From IMG/VR virus record IMGVR_UViG_3300017966_000001, positions 1-61,068 of that record: DNA of 61,068 nucleotides; one strand, 5' to 3'. This document shows, in pieces, positions 56,735 through 61,068 of this stretch. Made by a program: the position numbers and the translations under genes. Each line of letters starts with the position of its first letter. Position 1 is the first letter of the stretch. This stretch comes from a virus. Taxonomy: Duplodnaviria > Caudoviricetes. The notes under the pieces were generated by a model. It saw only the letters and a program-made list of their open reading frames with translations. It did no database searches and was not told the DNA's origin.

Positions 56735-57597
56735 TCTTGGCTACTTCCACTTTCACAGTCGCTCCGTCCAATAGCTCCGATGCCTACTTTAGAGGCTGGG
56801 GTGGCGCCTTGTCAACTGCAATTCAGGCCGTAGGTGTGACTAAGACAACCGACACCGGCCAGGTTAACTGGACAACAGCGACCGCGCCAGCCGCTATAAA
56901 CACTAAAGCAGGTTACGAAATTTACAAGTTCACGGATACTTTGTCCGCAACATACCCGGTGTTCATTCGTATTGACTATGGCTCTGCTAGCTCGACAAAC
57001 AACCCGGCGATCTGGATTACAGTGGGAACTGGTACAAACGGTGCCGGAACGATTACTGGAACCGTAATAGCGGCCACTCAGATAGGCACAGCCAGTTCAT
57101 CTACCACCGCATACGTTTCGAGAGTTTCGGGTGACACCAATCGGTTGTCTTTTGTGACTTGGGACAATTTTGCCGGTGCCACATATTTGATCGGTGTCGG
57201 CATTGAACGCTCCAGAAACTACGCAGGGACTGAAACCGGGACCGGCGTGTTGTGTCTGTTCTTGAATGGCACGGGAGCCACCAAGATTTCGCAGTTCGGC
57301 ACGTTTGGAGTGACCACCACGCAGTACGCGAATTGGAACACTAGCACGCCGCCGTCGGGAACAGGAGCGTTGGCGCCTGACACGAATTTCTATCCGGTTC
57401 GCGGTTGGCGTCCTGGTGAGACCTCGCCAAGTTTGAATTTTTTGAGCTTTATTTCTGGCGACGCCGCGTTCAACAGTTCTTACAGCGTGGTTTGCTTTGA
57501 TGGCGTGACTCGCACATTTGTTACTCCGGTCAATTCCAATGCAGTGATCGCTGTCGGGTTCGGTGGAACAAACTACGCAATGATGAGGTATGATTGA
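56731..57597 (+). CDS. Beta-rich virion protein of the fibre module
   Basis: Thr/Gly-rich; overlaps the fibre gene stop. Confidence 0.6.
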   Translation: MILATSTFTVAPSNSSDAYFRGWGGALSTAIQAVGVTKTTDTGQVNWTTATAPAAINTKAGYEIYKFTDTLSATYPVFIRIDYGSASSTNNPAIWITVGTGTNGAGTITGTVIAATQIGTASSSTTAYVSRVSGDTNRLSFVTWDNFAGATYLIGVGIERSRNYAGTETGTGVLCLFLNGTGATKISQFGTFGVTTTQYANWNTSTPPSGTGALAPDTNFYPVRGWRPGETSPSLNFLSFISGDAAFNSSYSVVCFDGVTRTFVTPVNSNAVIAVGFGGTNYAMMRYD

Positions 57598-57878
57598 TGG
57601 CGTACCTGTGTTCATCCGATGCGCCGGTGACCGCGTTCACACGACCTACCGCCAAACAAGTCCAGGACGCGTTGGTGACGACAACCGCGGTTACTCGCCC
57701 ATCATCCGGCGTGCTATGGCCACGTGACACCTGGCCAACTAGCGTGTCAATTATTTGGAGCACGTTGCAAACGGACGTGACTGTTGTCAATGGGCAGAAT
57801 TACGTCATCGCTCGGCCTCTGATAACTAACAACCGGGTCCTCGAAATCAAAAAAGGTGGAATCGTGGCGGTGATATAA
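57594..57878 (+). CDS. Hypothetical protein of the fibre module
   Basis: Overlaps both neighbours. Confidence 0.55.
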   Translation: MMAYLCSSDAPVTAFTRPTAKQVQDALVTTTAVTRPSSGVLWPRDTWPTSVSIIWSTLQTDVTVVNGQNYVIARPLITNNRVLEIKKGGIVAVI

Positions 57879-58741
57879 TGGCGAATACGACTAGTTTAAT
57901 TCTACCCTCCGATGGTGCTGGGCGAGCCTTGTTTGCCGTGCCCACACTGAGTGGGGACCAGACGTATGTTCTGCCCGTTGCGGGGCAAACGCTTGGGGCG
58001 TCCGACATGTTCCAAGCGCTTGTCAATGCTGAGGTTGCGGTTGGATCTGCGACGACTGCGACAGCCGCCAAGATGCATGTGTGCTCAGGCACGACGGCGA
58101 ACTACGCGTTGACGTTGCCAGCGGCTGCAACCTGGACCGGCAAATTTATCGGCATTCGAATCTCTACGGCAATGACCAAATTGCTGACCGTCACAGCCAA
58201 CGGAGGGGAGACAATTGACGGTGCAGCTACCCGTATTATGTGGGCAGGAGAGTCGGCCATCCTATACAGTGATGGCTCCAATGTGTTTAAAGTCGCTGGC
58301 AAATCAATCCCTCAGGTTTGTCATCTACAGCTCGGCGCAGATACCGCCGCTGTCACCGTCAACGTCGCGACTAAAGTCTCTTGTGGGACTTACGATAGCA
58401 CTCGCAGCAATTACGCCGCCATGGGCGATACCGCTAACGGTAAAATAGTTATCGCTCGCCCGGGCATGTATAGTCTTTATATGAGCTGCGTGCTGGGTCG
58501 TGGTGACACCAGCGCTAGCGATGTCGCGTTAGTTCCAATGTTATCCGGAGCAAACACGGAGACGATGTACTCTAACAAAACGGCGAGCAACTGGGAGCAA
58601 GTGACGGTGCGATTGACTCCCAATCTAGCACTAAACGCAACTGTTGAGATGTATGTCTATTATAATACGGGTTCAGGTTTGTATGTCAGCTCCACCGGAC
58701 TCGGAACGTTTATCTCAGCACAGGAGATTCTCACGTGGTGA
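57878..58741 (+). CDS. Short fibre / receptor-binding-like protein
   Basis: LTLPAA...VTANGGETIDG...ESAILYSDGSN fibre domain; C1q-like C-terminal pattern (PGMYSL). Confidence 0.65.
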   Translation: MANTTSLILPSDGAGRALFAVPTLSGDQTYVLPVAGQTLGASDMFQALVNAEVAVGSATTATAAKMHVCSGTTANYALTLPAAATWTGKFIGIRISTAMTKLLTVTANGGETIDGAATRIMWAGESAILYSDGSNVFKVAGKSIPQVCHLQLGADTAAVTVNVATKVSCGTYDSTRSNYAAMGDTANGKIVIARPGMYSLYMSCVLGRGDTSASDVALVPMLSGANTETMYSNKTASNWEQVTVRLTPNLALNATVEMYVYYNTGSGLYVSSTGLGTFISAQEILTW

Positions 58742-59121
58742 TCGATGGCTATCTCAAGCCTCTCTGGATCGATGATGGTTCCGGGAAGGTCCGTAATCCG
58801 GACATTAGTGATGCAGAGTTCGCAGCGGCCCTGTCGAAACAAAAAGACGATAATATCGCGGCCCTTTGGGAAGCCGCGACTAAATACCAGGAGACTTGGA
58901 TCTCTGGTGCGGCGTATGGAGTTGTAACGCTAGGTGTCATACAACAGAAGCCAAAATGCCTAGCTGTGATGATGTGGATCAGCTCAATTTGGAATGGTCT
59001 GTATTATCCTCGCAAGGCGCAAGTGACTGAAGATTTCGATTCAGCGCTGTATGATTTTTCATCTTGCGGACCAATGCCGTATTCTGTTCCCGAACTCAAC
59101 GCCGAAGTGTTTGGTAACTAA
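58735..59121 (+). CDS. Fibre assembly chaperone-like protein
   Basis: Follows fibre genes; small helical protein with W/Y motifs. Confidence 0.5.
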   Translation: MVIDGYLKPLWIDDGSGKVRNPDISDAEFAAALSKQKDDNIAALWEAATKYQETWISGAAYGVVTLGVIQQKPKCLAVMMWISSIWNGLYYPRKAQVTEDFDSALYDFSSCGPMPYSVPELNAEVFGN

Positions 59122-59324
59122 TGACATTAAACGGTCGAAATGTCAACAGATCTGCTATCAATGGCTCCGGAAAACGCATTCCGTTGCTCGTAGATCTGGA
59201 CTATTTGATCAAAGTCTTGGTTCGTGTCAGGAAAATAACGATACGAAACCGTGTTGCTGAGATTGTAGTGTCAACAATTAGGCGGGTCACAATCAAATTC
59301 AGAGACAGTCTGTTGCGGTTTTGA
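59121..59324 (+). CDS. Small basic virion-module protein
   Basis: LNG..VN..AING N-terminal motif. Confidence 0.5.
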   Translation: MTLNGRNVNRSAINGSGKRIPLLVDLDYLIKVLVRVRKITIRNRVAEIVVSTIRRVTIKFRDSLLRF

Positions 59325-59332
59325 GGTCATAG

Positions 59333-59653
59333 ATGCCCACATGTCAGCGATTTCAATCATTTGGTCCCAAAGATCCAGACGAAATCAACGTCATCTCATT
59401 TGATGTGGCGGAACTTCTGGGTTCGGAGGTCATTGATTCGTGCTTGTTCGATAGTGAGCTATATGGTGCAGGCACTGTGGATGCGAGCATGATCTTGGGA
59501 TTACCCAGTGTATCCGGGACAATCGTTTCAACCCGCGTGCAGGGCGGGCACGATGGTTCAGTTTATCTAATTCGGTTGACGATCACCACCGCGAGTGCGT
59601 TGATCCTGATTTGCAGTGCTCTGTTGCCAGTGTCCCGGGGCGGCGCGGCGTAA
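59333..59653 (+). CDS. Fibre adaptor-like protein (Ig-like)
   Basis: KDPDE....FD....L..E.I...V.GG..G..Y.I....TT. Confidence 0.65.
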   Translation: MPTCQRFQSFGPKDPDEINVISFDVAELLGSEVIDSCLFDSELYGAGTVDASMILGLPSVSGTIVSTRVQGGHDGSVYLIRLTITTASALILICSALLPVSRGGAA

Positions 59654-59685
59654 CCATCTGCCGTAAAATTGTGGGTTGAGGGCAT

Positions 59686-61068
59686 ATGCTGAAACGATTT
59701 TGGGACAAACTGAGTGGACGGCAGACAGCCCATAGGGCAGCGAGGTCCATTGAGCAAGATCTCGCTGAGATGCGGTTCGCTCAGTCACAGCGGATCTATG
59801 GTGCAATCGCTGACCACTTAGCTAGCTTGGATAGCGGCAAGCCTGAGCCCATCCAGTTTAAAATAGCTGCGTATGTCCCACCAGTGGGTGTCGCACCGGC
59901 TTCGCATGTCAAGGGCGCAACGCTTGCAATGGATGCTACGATCACCAATATGCAGGGCAGCAATGCACAATTCTTCAGTTTGCTAGGGTTCCCCGGTTTC
60001 CCTTTCTTAACTGAGCTTGCGCAGATCTCGGAGTATCGGGACATTTCTGAGCGCTCGGCTTCTGAGATGGTTCGCAAGTGGGTCAAGTTTAGATCTGTGG
60101 GTAACAAAGACCAGAGCGAAAAGATTCAGGCAATTGAAGCCTGCTTGCGCAAACACCACGTTCGCGATCTGTTTAGGCAGTGCGCTGTGTATGACGGCTT
60201 CTTTGGCCGCTCACAGCTCTTCGTCAATTTGGGAGACACCGAGGGTTCGGAACTAGCGACGCCGTTGATTTTGTCTCCGGCAAAGATCAAAAAGGGCTCG
60301 CTCAAATGCTTCAAGATCATTGAGCCGATCACCACTTATCCAGCGCAATACAACGCCTCTCGCCCTCTGCAACCGGATTATTACAAGCCGTCTTCTTGGT
60401 TCGTCTACGGGCAAGAAGTGCATTCTTCACGGTTATTGCTGTTTGAGTCTCGCCCTTTGCCTGATCTGCTGAAGCCGGTTTACAACTTTTCTGGTATAAG
60501 TCTTTCCCAACTAGCTCAGCCGTATGTTGACTATTGGCTCAACACTCGCGAATCTGTAGGCAAACTACTCCGCAATTTCTCGACAACGTCTTTGTCCACG
60601 GACCTCTCTGGGCTCATTGCCACCGGCGGGGATGAGCTGTTGAACCGTATTCGGTTATTCACTCAGACTCGTGACAATCAGGGCATTTTCCTGCTCGATT
60701 CGGGGATGGGGCAAAGCGGCGAACAACTTAGTCAGATCAACACCCCTCTGTCTGGGTTAGATAAACTCCAGGCGCAGGCGCAGGAGCACATGGCGGCTGT
60801 GGCCAAAACGCCCTTGTCGATACTCCTGGGCATCACGCCGACCGGCTTGAATGCGTCAAGCGACAGTGAAATTAGGATTTTCTATGACTACGTGTCAGAT
60901 CAGCAGGAAGTGTTGTTTAGGAGGAACTTAGAAACAGTTGTAAAAATTATTCAACTTTCTGAGTTTGGAGAGATTGACGACGATGTCGTGTTTGATTTCG
61001 TTTCGCTGTATGCGATGACCGAAAAGGAGCTGAGCCTTATACGTAAGTCCAATGCCGAGAGCGATCAA
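59686..61068 (+). CDS. Portal protein (DUF1073-type), continues at 124-231; 496 aa in total; absent from the ORF track because it wraps
   Basis: MLKRFWDKL...FPGFPFLTELAQISEYR...VHSSRLL...LKPVYNFSGISLSQLA...QAQAQEHMAAVAKTP...LLGITPTGLNASSD. Confidence 0.92.
   Translation, partial: MLKRFWDKLSGRQTAHRAARSIEQDLAEMRFAQSQRIYGAIADHLASLDSGKPEPIQFKIAAYVPPVGVAPASHVKGATLAMDATITNMQGSNAQFFSLLGFPGFPFLTELAQISEYRDISERSASEMVRKWVKFRSVGNKDQSEKIQAIEACLRKHHVRDLFRQCAVYDGFFGRSQLFVNLGDTEGSELATPLILSPAKIKKGSLKCFKIIEPITTYPAQYNASRPLQPDYYKPSSWFVYGQEVHSSRLLLFESRPLPDLLKPVYNFSGISLSQLAQPYVDYWLNTRESVGKLLRNFSTTSLSTDLSGLIATGGDELLNRIRLFTQTRDNQGIFLLDSGMGQSGEQLSQINTPLSGLDKLQAQAQEHMAAVAKTPLSILLGITPTGLNASSDSEIRIFYDYVSDQQEVLFRRNLETVVKIIQLSEFGEIDDDVVFDFVSLYAMTEKELSLIRKSNAESDQ
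60946..61068. repeat. Terminal direct repeat (circular assembly overlap), copy 2
   Basis: Identical to 1-123. Confidence 0.97.

Noticed and set aside
59686-61068. Anti-CBASS Acb1 label sometimes attached to DUF1073-family proteins
   Set aside because: Size and position before MuF indicate a portal; no separate 2H-phosphoesterase domain is evident

Overview
The window is a complete, circularly permuted tailed-phage genome of 60,945 bp. Positions 1-123 are repeated exactly at 60946-61068, and the portal gene runs across that junction. It is a contractile-tailed (myovirus-type) phage. The + strand morphogenesis block has a DUF1073-type portal, MuF, DUF2213, DUF2184-type capsid, DUF3383-type sheath, baseplate and beta-helix tailspike. 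The - strand replication/nucleotide block has a family-B polymerase, clamp-like protein, SF2 helicase, Cas4-like nuclease, SSB, Sak4-like ATPase, dCMP deaminase, ThyX, a GT2 glycosyltransferase, a sigma factor and a primase-polymerase. It is followed by an AT-rich putative origin, a + strand block of small early genes including an IbrA/IbrB-like pair, lysis genes, terminase and a 7.3-kb extra fibre module. No integrase, repressor, tRNA or CRISPR array was seen. Most notable: (1) an array of integron-type gene cassettes with attC sites but no integrase (about 33.08-34.58 kb), whose genes lie antisense to the attC sites and include a (p)ppGpp-hydrolase-like HD protein; (2) an R-S-E ADP-ribosyltransferase fused to the DUF2213 head protein; (3) a polymerase with substituted proofreading carboxylates next to a glycosyltransferase; (4) two promoter- and terminator-bounded structured ncRNA candidates. 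Family assignments come from motif recognition by eye, not from database searches.
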